From: a bacterium
GTDB lineage: Bacteria > Zhuqueibacterota > Zhuqueibacteria > Residuimicrobiales > Krinioviventaceae
DNA: 64,000 bases
Direction: 5' to 3'
NCBI GenBank assembly: GCA_963693055.1
Contig: OY843751.1
Coordinates: forward strand, 3,424,001-3,488,000
Shown here: positions 49,186 through 57,665 of the stretch, one piece after another
Position numbering within the stretch: position 1 is the first letter of the stretch
Layout: each line of letters opens with the position of its first letter
Translations under genes and position numbers: made by a program
Notes under the pieces: generated by a model
What the model was told of the DNA's origin: nothing
Database searches by the model: none
The model's input: the letters and a program-made list of their open reading frames with translations, nothing else

Positions 49186-49779
49186 TTATTTGCTTAAATC
49201 ACGACAATAGAGATCTTTGGCTTCAATGGTCATACCGGGATTATGTCCCTGAATTGCAAAATGACCTTTGGTGTATTCTGCATCTTGCCAATCTGTCATC
49301 AATTGATCATTGATCCAGATCTGAATGTGGCTGCCAACAGCTTTAACTTTCATGGTAAACCATTCTTCATCTTTGGTAATCAGTTCTTTGGCCTTGCCGG
49401 TGGGGGTACCGGGTTTCCACAGCCAACCGGTAAAAGCATCGCCCCTATTGGTGATTTGTGCTTCATAACCACGGGGAAAACCATCCGGATTGTCTTCAGG
49501 GGGATTAGCGCGGAAATAAAATCCGCTGTTTCCATTTGCACTGACTTTGAACGTACCTTTTACTTCAAGATCGGTTAAAACGGGATCCGCGTAAATATGG
49601 CCCATTCCACCTTCTCCAACCAATACACCATCAACCACTTTCCATTCTGCTTTACCTCGCACGGTCCATCCGTCAAGATTTTCACCGTTAAACAAAGATA
49701 CCCATTCAGGCTCTTTTTCAACCGCACATGACATGAACATAGCTGCAAGCAGTACAGTCAACAACATGATTTTTTTCAT
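49186..49779 (-). CDS. DUF1080 (3-keto-disaccharide hydrolase/hydratase-like) lipoprotein
   Basis: Lipobox FMSC, SLFNGENLDGW, GNSGFYFR, GYEAQI, GHFAIQGH. Confidence 0.88.
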   Translation of the reverse strand: MKKIMLLTVLLAAMFMSCAVEKEPEWVSLFNGENLDGWTVRGKAEWKVVDGVLVGEGGMGHIYADPVLTDLEVKGTFKVSANGNSGFYFRANPPEDNPDGFPRGYEAQITNRGDAFTGWLWKPGTPTGKAKELITKDEEWFTMKVKAVGSHIQIWINDQLMTDWQDAEYTKGHFAIQGHNPGMTIEAKDLYCRDLSK

Positions 49780-49818
49780 TGTCCTTCTCCTTGTAAAAAG
49801 TAATGTAACAGGTTATTA

Positions 49819-50895
49819 TTAATTATATCTTTTTGAAATTGCTTTACACGTATTAATAAAAAATAAAATTCTATCATCAGGCGTACCCGCTTCTATATCA
49901 GCGGCTACAATATCACATGGACCGTAATCCGTTGCAATTCTTTCCAGGTCTGCCAGGATTTCCTGATACGATTTATTCGCAAGGTCCATAGGCGTATACA
50001 TGATAGCACGACGTGCCTGGGGAAACAACTCTTTTGATTTGACCAAATCAGAATGCAGTCCCATATCAATATATCCTACATTGGGGATTTCAGCATAACT
50101 TTCAAGATAGGGATCAGCCGTCCATGCGCAATTGTGAATACCAATACATCCAAATTCTTCCGCAAGTCGTTTATCAAATGGCAGCACAAATTCTCGATAT
50201 AGATCCGCAGACAACATATTAACCAGACAATTACTGATGGTAAAAAATGACACCTTGAAACCGGCATCCGCCTGAACTTTGTAGAGGCGCTTTGCCGCAT
50301 CTGTCATGGTTTTATAAACACATTCAAACAAATGCTTAACCAACTCGGGACGTTCATACATGTCCATGAATAGTTGCTGGCCCCGCAAACGCTGGGCATT
50401 GTTCAAGATACCCTGCCAGTTGATAAAACCGGTTACGCTCCCTTGCATCGTTTTGATTTGTACAACCTGCTCCAGCAGTGCATTGAAAAATGGATTGCTA
50501 TCCAAATCAGGAGGAACAAGCTCTGACATTTGCTCATCCGTAAAATAATTTGATTCATAGGCTGGCCAATTCTGTTTTTCGTATCGGATGGGTATTCCAT
50601 AAATCCCGGCAATTGTACAAGCACCATGTGTACCTGTCAATAAATCCAGGGGTAAATCCGTATTGCCGAAATGCGTATCAGGAAACCGTTGATTTAATAT
50701 CCGTCGCATATCAAGAACAGATTCTTTGCGATAGACAGGATCAGTATGCCAACGTTCACCAAAATCAATATCCAGATATTGACGATACCATGCCGGTGTA
50801 AATCCGATTTCAGGGCGCAGATAGGGTAATTCTCCATCAACCGGACGACGTGTTGCCGGTGCTGCAGGTGCAATATAACTAGAGAGTTGGTTCAA
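49819..50895 (-). CDS. Uroporphyrinogen decarboxylase / MtaA-like TIM-barrel protein
   Basis: LRGQQLFMDMY..PE, MLS..LYREFVLPF, IHNC (HxC), terminal IEAGTPDD. Confidence 0.7.
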   Translation of the reverse strand: MNQLSSYIAPAAPATRRPVDGELPYLRPEIGFTPAWYRQYLDIDFGERWHTDPVYRKESVLDMRRILNQRFPDTHFGNTDLPLDLLTGTHGACTIAGIYGIPIRYEKQNWPAYESNYFTDEQMSELVPPDLDSNPFFNALLEQVVQIKTMQGSVTGFINWQGILNNAQRLRGQQLFMDMYERPELVKHLFECVYKTMTDAAKRLYKVQADAGFKVSFFTISNCLVNMLSADLYREFVLPFDKRLAEEFGCIGIHNCAWTADPYLESYAEIPNVGYIDMGLHSDLVKSKELFPQARRAIMYTPMDLANKSYQEILADLERIATDYGPCDIVAADIEAGTPDDRILFFINTCKAISKRYN

Positions 50896-50898
50896 AAA

Positions 50899-51816
50899 TC
50901 ATTTTCCTTTGATGTCAAGGCTGGTGATTAAATCAATAACACGATTGATCAACAAATCAGCAGTTTTTTCATGGATTGTATCAAAAGTCAGAATTGGTTC
51001 TCTGACGTTTGAGGTTGTGTATATTCCCTGCTTGTATAGCAGTCGTTTAAAAAAGTGTATGGATATATCCAAATGTTGATTAGCAAATGCAAGAACGGGC
51101 AAAAGTTTGTAAAACAGGGATTTTGCCTGTTCAATTTTATTCTCTTTATATAATCTGTAAATTTCACAATAAATCTCGTGCATACCGGTGGGCATGAATG
51201 CATGCACACCCCGATCCAATCCTTCTATCATTTGCTGAACCGCCCAACCTCCGGAAACGTTCAGTCTGTCCTGGGTTGCGGCTAGTATCTCGCTGTATTT
51301 TACTCCTGCGGGCACGACTTCAATTTTCAAGCACCTGAATGCATCCACCGTATCAAACAAATCGCAGATCAAGGGGACAGGTAAACCATACCCGCCAAAA
51401 TCCCAGTCCTGCAGCATGATCATATCAACATCCATTTCTGCAATGCGATACAGATCAGAGCGATACTGATTTTCATCCTGAAATGGTATTTGCAGCAGAA
51501 TATTTTTACAACCCGTTTGAATCAGATCCTGAACAATCTGAATGCGCTTTTCAACATCCAGTTCGCCCGCACCGCCAATGACCGGCACCCTGTTATCGAC
51601 CTGTTCCAGCACTGTGGAAACAATGTCTCTGCGTTCCTTACGGGATAATTTATATACTTCGGATGCCATTGCCGGTACCAGAAAGCCACCAACACCGGCC
51701 TGGATAGCATTTTCCACATTTCGTTTTAATCCGGAAAAATCTATCCGATCCTCTCTAGTAAAAGGAGTATTGAGTACCGTAACAATCCCAAACAATGGGT
51801 ATAATTCTTTTATCAT
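50899..51816 (-). CDS. DHDPS/NAL family enzyme, AraD (2-keto-3-deoxy acid dehydratase)-like
   Basis: TPF...IDF, AMASE in place of GTTGE, IMLQD in place of the catalytic Tyr, Schiff-base LKIE, FMP. Confidence 0.78.
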   Translation of the reverse strand: MIKELYPLFGIVTVLNTPFTREDRIDFSGLKRNVENAIQAGVGGFLVPAMASEVYKLSRKERRDIVSTVLEQVDNRVPVIGGAGELDVEKRIQIVQDLIQTGCKNILLQIPFQDENQYRSDLYRIAEMDVDMIMLQDWDFGGYGLPVPLICDLFDTVDAFRCLKIEVVPAGVKYSEILAATQDRLNVSGGWAVQQMIEGLDRGVHAFMPTGMHEIYCEIYRLYKENKIEQAKSLFYKLLPVLAFANQHLDISIHFFKRLLYKQGIYTTSNVREPILTFDTIHEKTADLLINRVIDLITSLDIKGK

Positions 51817-51825
51817 TTCATCGAT

Positions 51826-54153
51826 TTATTGTTTAATTAACCAGACATCAGAAATATGAGACCACTGGCGCCAGTTCAATTCCAATTCTTCCGTTTTCCG
51901 GTCAAAGGTTAATTTAATGGTTCCGTCACTAACAGCAGATTGCGGGACAGTAAATTCTTTAAATGTTTCCATCTCTTTATTATACATTGTATAGGTAATA
52001 CGCTCACCGTCAATACGGGGAAAAGCCTCACCAAATCCCGAAATCCGTAATATATACGATGCTTCAGGATCAAGATCATGATATTCCAACACCGGAGAAT
52101 ACTGGAACACCTGAGAAGACAAACGGGCACGGCTTTTACCTTCATCCCACCAGGCAAAATGGGGTGCTACGTCCGAACAGAATACAGTATGTAGCGACTG
52201 GGCTACACTGCCAATGTTATCATAATAACTACCGGGAGTAGGCTTTTCCCAATCGGCCAGCACTTTGATGCGGGCCAACTTTTCTTTATCTGTAGATAAG
52301 TTGCTAATCTTTTCAAACTCATCCGCTAGCCACCACCGATTATTGAGAGGATAATCAACAAAATCAAGAACGCAACCGCGTTCCGGATTTTTAGCCTGGT
52401 ATTTGGGTACACTGGTTTGCAATCCAATGGACTGATACAAATTTTCGCACAGATCCACAATCCGCTGCCGTAAATCCGGCGCAACACAATGATTATCAGC
52501 CTGTTTCAACAACGCCAAAGCGGATTGCATAGCAGTACCGCTAGCGATATCTCCCGCCTTAGCCAGGATCCGGTTGGCTTTGATTTCAAGATCATTTTCG
52601 TATAAAAATCGACGGCGCTGATAAGCATCATAATTGGCTCGCAGCAGGCACAACTGCCAACGCCAGTTGCCGGCAAGCTGTGGGTACTCTTGTTCCAGAT
52701 CCTTCCAGTAAGCAAGCGTAGCCTCTATACCGCCATTCTGACGGATGGGGCCCACCCAGTTACCTTCAAGAGCAAGAATTCCATAAGCGGCTTTTTCAGC
52801 AACCTGATCATTGAAAAACAACCGGCAATAATCGGTAACAATTTTTTGTACATCCTGTTCCGGGTCCCAGGCAAGTTGAGACCAAAGGGCCTTGTTCACA
52901 TCATCATGCACACCATCGGAATAGGCCAGAAATCCGTCTGTAAAAGGAGCAGTCTGTTGAAATATTTTAGCGTAATAATAGGGCTGGGGATTCGAAGCTT
53001 CACGTCCCAGCGTAAGGGCAAAAGCCTGATCCCACCATTCCACAGGGTACTGACAGGTCATATTGTGGGTAATATCAGGATAATGACGGTGTTTATATTG
53101 CTTTGGTAAACGGTAACGGGTCTCGGACATGGACGGGCTGCCCGGTCCGGATACTACACCCTCAAGCCAATCCGGCTTTTCACGCTCTAGATAATCAAAA
53201 AAATAATCCACTTTTTCAGCATTGAACCCCTGTAACGAGATCCACATACCAGCAGTTGGGTGAGATTGTTTTAATAGTTTTGTCAGTTCTTTTAGATACG
53301 GCATCACATCTCGGGGGTGATTGTGGCCAGGATCGCCGCCCGGAAAGAATACATTATCAAGCCGGGGACAAGTTTTGAAAAATTGTTCATGTTCTTCAAG
53401 AGCTGCCACACGCTTTTCAGTATCGGTCAGATCAAACTGTGCAGGCATCCAGCACCAGTAATCCATATCATATTTAATGCAAATCTCACTGATCTTTTTA
53501 TTCATCTCTTCACGAGGCAGTTTGAAATGCGGACTGGGGCTATCCTGCATGGGGATATTTTCAATACAATTGGCGCCAAAAAGTGCCAGCTCACGGATGT
53601 ACTGATCAAACTGCTGAGGGGTCCATGCGTCCCACGAGTTGGCAGTATTACGGTACCCCAACTGATGTCCACGGATCTGATATTGTGGGCCTGAATATAT
53701 ATCTAATTCATCAGGAATCGTTATCGATCCTTTTTGCAAATCCATTAAAATTAAAAGTCGCCCCACACCATACAACGTACCGCGACGATGTGCTCCCAAA
53801 ATCCACAACTGGGGCTGGCTGTTTTCATGGATTAAAGAGAGATAAAATGCATCCTGCTCATGAAAAGGTCTGTTTAGGGATTCAGGGATCTTTTTAGCAT
53901 ATTTTTTATTGTTACTTTTATGGATCGCAATTACCGGTTTATCAGATGGCCAGGAATGGACCACGGGGAGTTTTATTCCGGTACGTTTTTCGATCTCTTC
54001 CGCAAGCACCTCTGCCGAGACCTGCACAATATGCTCTGAATCATCGCTGATAACAATAACCGCATCATTCAGATTGATTTCACCGGCAAACGCTGAAACG
54101 TGCAAAGTCAAAAAAGTAGAAATCAGTATGAAAATATATTTTCTATTTCTCAT
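51826..54153 (-). CDS. Secreted uncharacterised GH-like protein (GH20/GH67-type N-terminal domain plus putative barrel)
   Basis: Signal peptide, EEIEKRTG, RGTLYGVGRLL, HQLGYR..ANSWDAW, FFPGGDPG, YPDITH, YSDGVHDD. Confidence 0.65.
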   Translation of the reverse strand: MRNRKYIFILISTFLTLHVSAFAGEINLNDAVIVISDDSEHIVQVSAEVLAEEIEKRTGIKLPVVHSWPSDKPVIAIHKSNNKKYAKKIPESLNRPFHEQDAFYLSLIHENSQPQLWILGAHRRGTLYGVGRLLILMDLQKGSITIPDELDIYSGPQYQIRGHQLGYRNTANSWDAWTPQQFDQYIRELALFGANCIENIPMQDSPSPHFKLPREEMNKKISEICIKYDMDYWCWMPAQFDLTDTEKRVAALEEHEQFFKTCPRLDNVFFPGGDPGHNHPRDVMPYLKELTKLLKQSHPTAGMWISLQGFNAEKVDYFFDYLEREKPDWLEGVVSGPGSPSMSETRYRLPKQYKHRHYPDITHNMTCQYPVEWWDQAFALTLGREASNPQPYYYAKIFQQTAPFTDGFLAYSDGVHDDVNKALWSQLAWDPEQDVQKIVTDYCRLFFNDQVAEKAAYGILALEGNWVGPIRQNGGIEATLAYWKDLEQEYPQLAGNWRWQLCLLRANYDAYQRRRFLYENDLEIKANRILAKAGDIASGTAMQSALALLKQADNHCVAPDLRQRIVDLCENLYQSIGLQTSVPKYQAKNPERGCVLDFVDYPLNNRWWLADEFEKISNLSTDKEKLARIKVLADWEKPTPGSYYDNIGSVAQSLHTVFCSDVAPHFAWWDEGKSRARLSSQVFQYSPVLEYHDLDPEASYILRISGFGEAFPRIDGERITYTMYNKEMETFKEFTVPQSAVSDGTIKLTFDRKTEELELNWRQWSHISDVWLIKQ

Positions 54154-54162
54154 TTTCTTGAT

Positions 54163-54990
54163 CTATTCCACCTTTTGAACAATGGGAACGCCAATTTGTG
54201 GTAATTTATATTGAATTTTATCTTTGGCAGCAAGAACAAAATCATTGATATCCACAGTATTAATGGTAAACATGTTGTAATGCATGGGAATTGTAGTTTT
54301 GGCATTGATAGCAGTAGCAAAATCAATTGCTTCTTCTATGGAAAAATTGGGTTCAAGATTATATTCTGGTGATTTTTGCCCATTGATTGGTAAAAAAGCA
54401 ATATCAATATCAAAAGGTTTAATATAATCCAATTGTTCTACATATGGCACAGTATCCCCAGCAAAAAACAGCGTTATTTTACCCAGGCGTACAATAAAGC
54501 TGAGATACGGATATCCATAATCATGATTATAATCCAGATCAGAATGTGCAGCAGGTATTGCATAAACACTGATTTGTTGAAATACTTTGGAATCCAAGCC
54601 TCTCAACAGTCCCAGTTGGGTTGGATTAACATATAATCCCTCCAAACGTTTTCTGGCCGCCTCCGGGGCAATAAAAACCGCATCAGGATTACGCTGGGCA
54701 ACGATAGGTATAGTAAAGGGATCAATGTGGTCTACATGATCATGGCTGCACAATACATAATCAATACCCTGAATATCTTTAGGTTCTATGGGTATTGCAC
54801 TCATACGAACATGCTGATTTGGGGTACCCGCAGTCCATTGTTCAGCAAAATCAGACAAATACGGATCAAACAATAAATTCAAAGACTGATAACGGATTAA
54901 AAATCCATTTTGACCCAGCCATACAAATGCCAGTTCCTGCTCAGAGAGTTCAAGATTTTCCAATTTTTCTAGAATAATATGCTTTGTCAT
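54163..54990 (-). CDS. MBL-fold metallo-hydrolase (UlaG-like sugar lactonase)
   Basis: WLGQ.GF, DPYLS, SHDHVDH (HxHxDH), PAAH, AGDT, PING, PMHY. Confidence 0.85.
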   Translation of the reverse strand: MTKHIILEKLENLELSEQELAFVWLGQNGFLIRYQSLNLLFDPYLSDFAEQWTAGTPNQHVRMSAIPIEPKDIQGIDYVLCSHDHVDHIDPFTIPIVAQRNPDAVFIAPEAARKRLEGLYVNPTQLGLLRGLDSKVFQQISVYAIPAAHSDLDYNHDYGYPYLSFIVRLGKITLFFAGDTVPYVEQLDYIKPFDIDIAFLPINGQKSPEYNLEPNFSIEEAIDFATAINAKTTIPMHYNMFTINTVDINDFVLAAKDKIQYKLPQIGVPIVQKVE

Positions 54991-55790
54991 GCTATCTCCT
55001 GTTTTACTGAAAACAGTTGCTTTTGTGCGGATTCATTAATATGTCCAATATTCATCCAGTTTAATCCCAGCAACTCTGCCGCTATTCGATCTATAGTTAT
55101 AGGGTCTGTACCTGCAATCAATTGATTTACATGGGGACTACATTCACGTCCACCCAGGTGAAAATCAGCCAGTCCTATGCTTGCATCCATCAATGTCATA
55201 TCCGGTGCACGATAGCAATTGAGATCAACAATTGCCTGATGCATCATATGATGAAACACTGCTTTTTTCCATGAGCCAAACCTTCCCGAATAATATTTAG
55301 GGGGCGCAATACCCATCATATTCTTGAGGGTCCCTGTTATTTGAGCCAGGGAATGTGCTTTTAACACCGGCACTGATATCAGATAATGCGAAAAAACAAT
55401 TTCAGGTAAATACATTTCAGGAAAAACATTACAGTCAGATCTTTTTATTTTTACGAGTGGTGTATGGTTCAAATCAACCAATTTAATATTATATTGTGAT
55501 GCAATTTGATCATAACCCAAAATCCGGAAAACCTCGTCCGTTTCCATGCTCATGTCACCACATCCTTCTGCAATGACAATCTCTGCATTAGAGCAACCCT
55601 GAATATACTCTACAATTGCAGCACTATTTGCCGGAGAGGTTGTTATGGGATGTTTAGATGCCATAATCAGATTGGGCTTTATAAGAATATGGGTCTGTTC
55701 AGCAAATATTTCTGCTGCACCAATTTTATTTAAAATTTCAAAAACTGAAGTCTTGAAAGATTTAAAATTAACAACTGCTGTACTACTCAT
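54987..55790 (-). CDS. DUF362 family protein
   Basis: ILIKPN, ITTSP, IAEGCG, ISVPVLKAH...ITGTLKNMMG, DP..ID..AA; start ATG 55790 with GTAGG RBS. Confidence 0.85.
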   Translation of the reverse strand: MSSTAVVNFKSFKTSVFEILNKIGAAEIFAEQTHILIKPNLIMASKHPITTSPANSAAIVEYIQGCSNAEIVIAEGCGDMSMETDEVFRILGYDQIASQYNIKLVDLNHTPLVKIKRSDCNVFPEMYLPEIVFSHYLISVPVLKAHSLAQITGTLKNMMGIAPPKYYSGRFGSWKKAVFHHMMHQAIVDLNCYRAPDMTLMDASIGLADFHLGGRECSPHVNQLIAGTDPITIDRIAAELLGLNWMNIGHINESAQKQLFSVKQEIA

Positions 55791-55806
55791 ACTACCTACC
55801 TCTTTT

Positions 55807-56571
55807 TTATAGATCAGGACGACTAGCGCAAAATCCCAATGTAAGACCACCATCAACTGTAAAAGAAGAACCTGTAATATAATTTGCTTCTTCTGAAGCC
55901 AGGAACAACACCATGTTTGCAATTTCACGTTTAGATCCTACGCGTCCTGCAGGTACGGCTGTTAAAAACTGTTTCTGCCTGTCAGGATCGGTTAAACGTG
56001 TTGCTATCGCTCCCGGAGCAACCTGATTAACCTGAATATTATACTCTGCCAATTCAAGCGCCATATTTTTAGTTAGCATAACCAAACCACCTTTTGCAGA
56101 GCTGTAATGCGAAAAATTACGCTTGGTCTGGTATTCATGTACAGAACCAATATTAATAATCTTTCCCCCGCCCTGTTCAATCATCATTTTTGCAGCAAGC
56201 TGTCCGCAAAGAAATGGCGCTTTTAAATTCACCGCCATGATCCGGTCCCAGTCTTCTTCCGGCATATCAATAAAGGGAACATTGTTCTGTGTTGCTGCAT
56301 TATTTACCAATACGTCAAGCCGGCCGAAATGGGAATTAATTTTTTTAAACAGTTTACGAATTGCCTCTGGCTCTTCCAGATTACAAACCAGGCTAATGGA
56401 TTCAGGACTGTGGGGAATGACTTGTTCCAAAGCCGATGTAATTTCTGTATTATAATCCGGGCCATGAACAATCACTTTGGCGCCTTCACGCGCAAAACAG
56501 ACAGCAGTCTCTTTACCAATACCTGACACCGAACCGGTTACAAGAACAATTTTACCATCAAATCTTTTCAT
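55807..56571 (-). CDS. SDR family oxidoreductase (sugar dehydrogenase-like)
   Basis: TGSVSGIG, NNAA, YSSAK, VAPG, VDGG. Confidence 0.92.
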   Translation of the reverse strand: MKRFDGKIVLVTGSVSGIGKETAVCFAREGAKVIVHGPDYNTEITSALEQVIPHSPESISLVCNLEEPEAIRKLFKKINSHFGRLDVLVNNAATQNNVPFIDMPEEDWDRIMAVNLKAPFLCGQLAAKMMIEQGGGKIINIGSVHEYQTKRNFSHYSSAKGGLVMLTKNMALELAEYNIQVNQVAPGAIATRLTDPDRQKQFLTAVPAGRVGSKREIANMVLFLASEEANYITGSSFTVDGGLTLGFCASRPDL

Positions 56572-56577
56572 GTTTCC

Positions 56578-57657
56578 TCAATCCGCTTTCCACGGTTCAA
56601 AAACAACTTTGAATGCAGCTTTGGGTTGTTGTAATAACAATTCAAACGCTTGCTCAAATTCATCCAGAGGGAATGTATGGGTTATCCATTTACTTACATC
56701 CAGTTTACCGGTATTGAGTAATTGATAAGCTCTAACCAGATCAGAATTAAACGCATTGGACGATGTGGTCAATGTTCGTTCCGAACCAAGAGCCATGGCA
56801 TTCATGTTTACCGGTGTATCATGTACTGCCATATTAACCCAGGTACCTCCTTCCTCAAGCAAGGGTAAAAGATTTTGAATCATTTCACCGGAACCAACCG
56901 AATCAAATATCGCGGCAAACTTTATATTTTTCTCAAGCAGATATTCGTTTAGATCAACTGTTGCAGGATCAATCACTGTAAACTGTGGATAATTTGCCAA
57001 AACGTTTTGAGCAATGGGTGACGGATCAGAAATATAGACGGGAACATTGCTCAACGTTTCAACAACCTGAGCAATACCCAAACCAGCAGGGCCTCCTCCT
57101 ATGCACAAAACGTTCGCGCCGTCATAAATCCGGACCCGTTCAGAAACATGTACCGCAACGCACAAAATATCTGCCATTGCAGCCGATGCAAAATCCAGGT
57201 CATCGTCCAATGGATGCAAGAGATCAGCCCAACCCAAACAATACTCGGCATATCCACCGGGGAAATATTCCATATCTCCCCACCCCTGGGCATGGCCAAT
57301 ATGGATCATATCCCGGCATAAATTCTCACGACCGGTTGTACAAAAGTTACATTTACCGCACACCCGATAAGACTGAACGCCAACCCGTTTTCCAAGCAAA
57401 TGTTCATATTCTGACGAATTAACAGCCTCAACAACTCCTGAAAATTCATGTCCCATCACCATATTGGGAGGATTGTCTACATGTTTACCCAGTGTATGCA
57501 GTGCCCATGGATTTTCTCCCGCCCAGTAACGCAGGTCACTTCCACAGATACCACAAGCTTCCACCCGGATCAGAACATGGTTCTTTTCTGTCATAACCGG
57601 TTTGGGAATATCCAATAGTTGGAGTGTTTTAGGTTTTGTTAATACAACTGCTTGCAT
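56578..57657 (-). CDS. Zn-dependent (MDR) sugar/polyol dehydrogenase
   Basis: CGICGSD, GHE, CxxCxxC(7)C structural Zn site, GGGPAG; start ATG 57657 with AAGGA RBS. Confidence 0.9.
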   Translation of the reverse strand: MQAVVLTKPKTLQLLDIPKPVMTEKNHVLIRVEACGICGSDLRYWAGENPWALHTLGKHVDNPPNMVMGHEFSGVVEAVNSSEYEHLLGKRVGVQSYRVCGKCNFCTTGRENLCRDMIHIGHAQGWGDMEYFPGGYAEYCLGWADLLHPLDDDLDFASAAMADILCVAVHVSERVRIYDGANVLCIGGGPAGLGIAQVVETLSNVPVYISDPSPIAQNVLANYPQFTVIDPATVDLNEYLLEKNIKFAAIFDSVGSGEMIQNLLPLLEEGGTWVNMAVHDTPVNMNAMALGSERTLTTSSNAFNSDLVRAYQLLNTGKLDVSKWITHTFPLDEFEQAFELLLQQPKAAFKVVFEPWKAD

Positions 57658-57665
57658 ATTATCCT

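Noticed and set aside
55791-55928. Extended N-termini in the ORF track (here DUF362; likewise glcD, rfbD, DUF4837, valS, the Zn-dehydrogenase and others)
   Set aside because: They overlap upstream genes or lack an RBS; internal ATGs with an RBS and/or signal peptide fit better.
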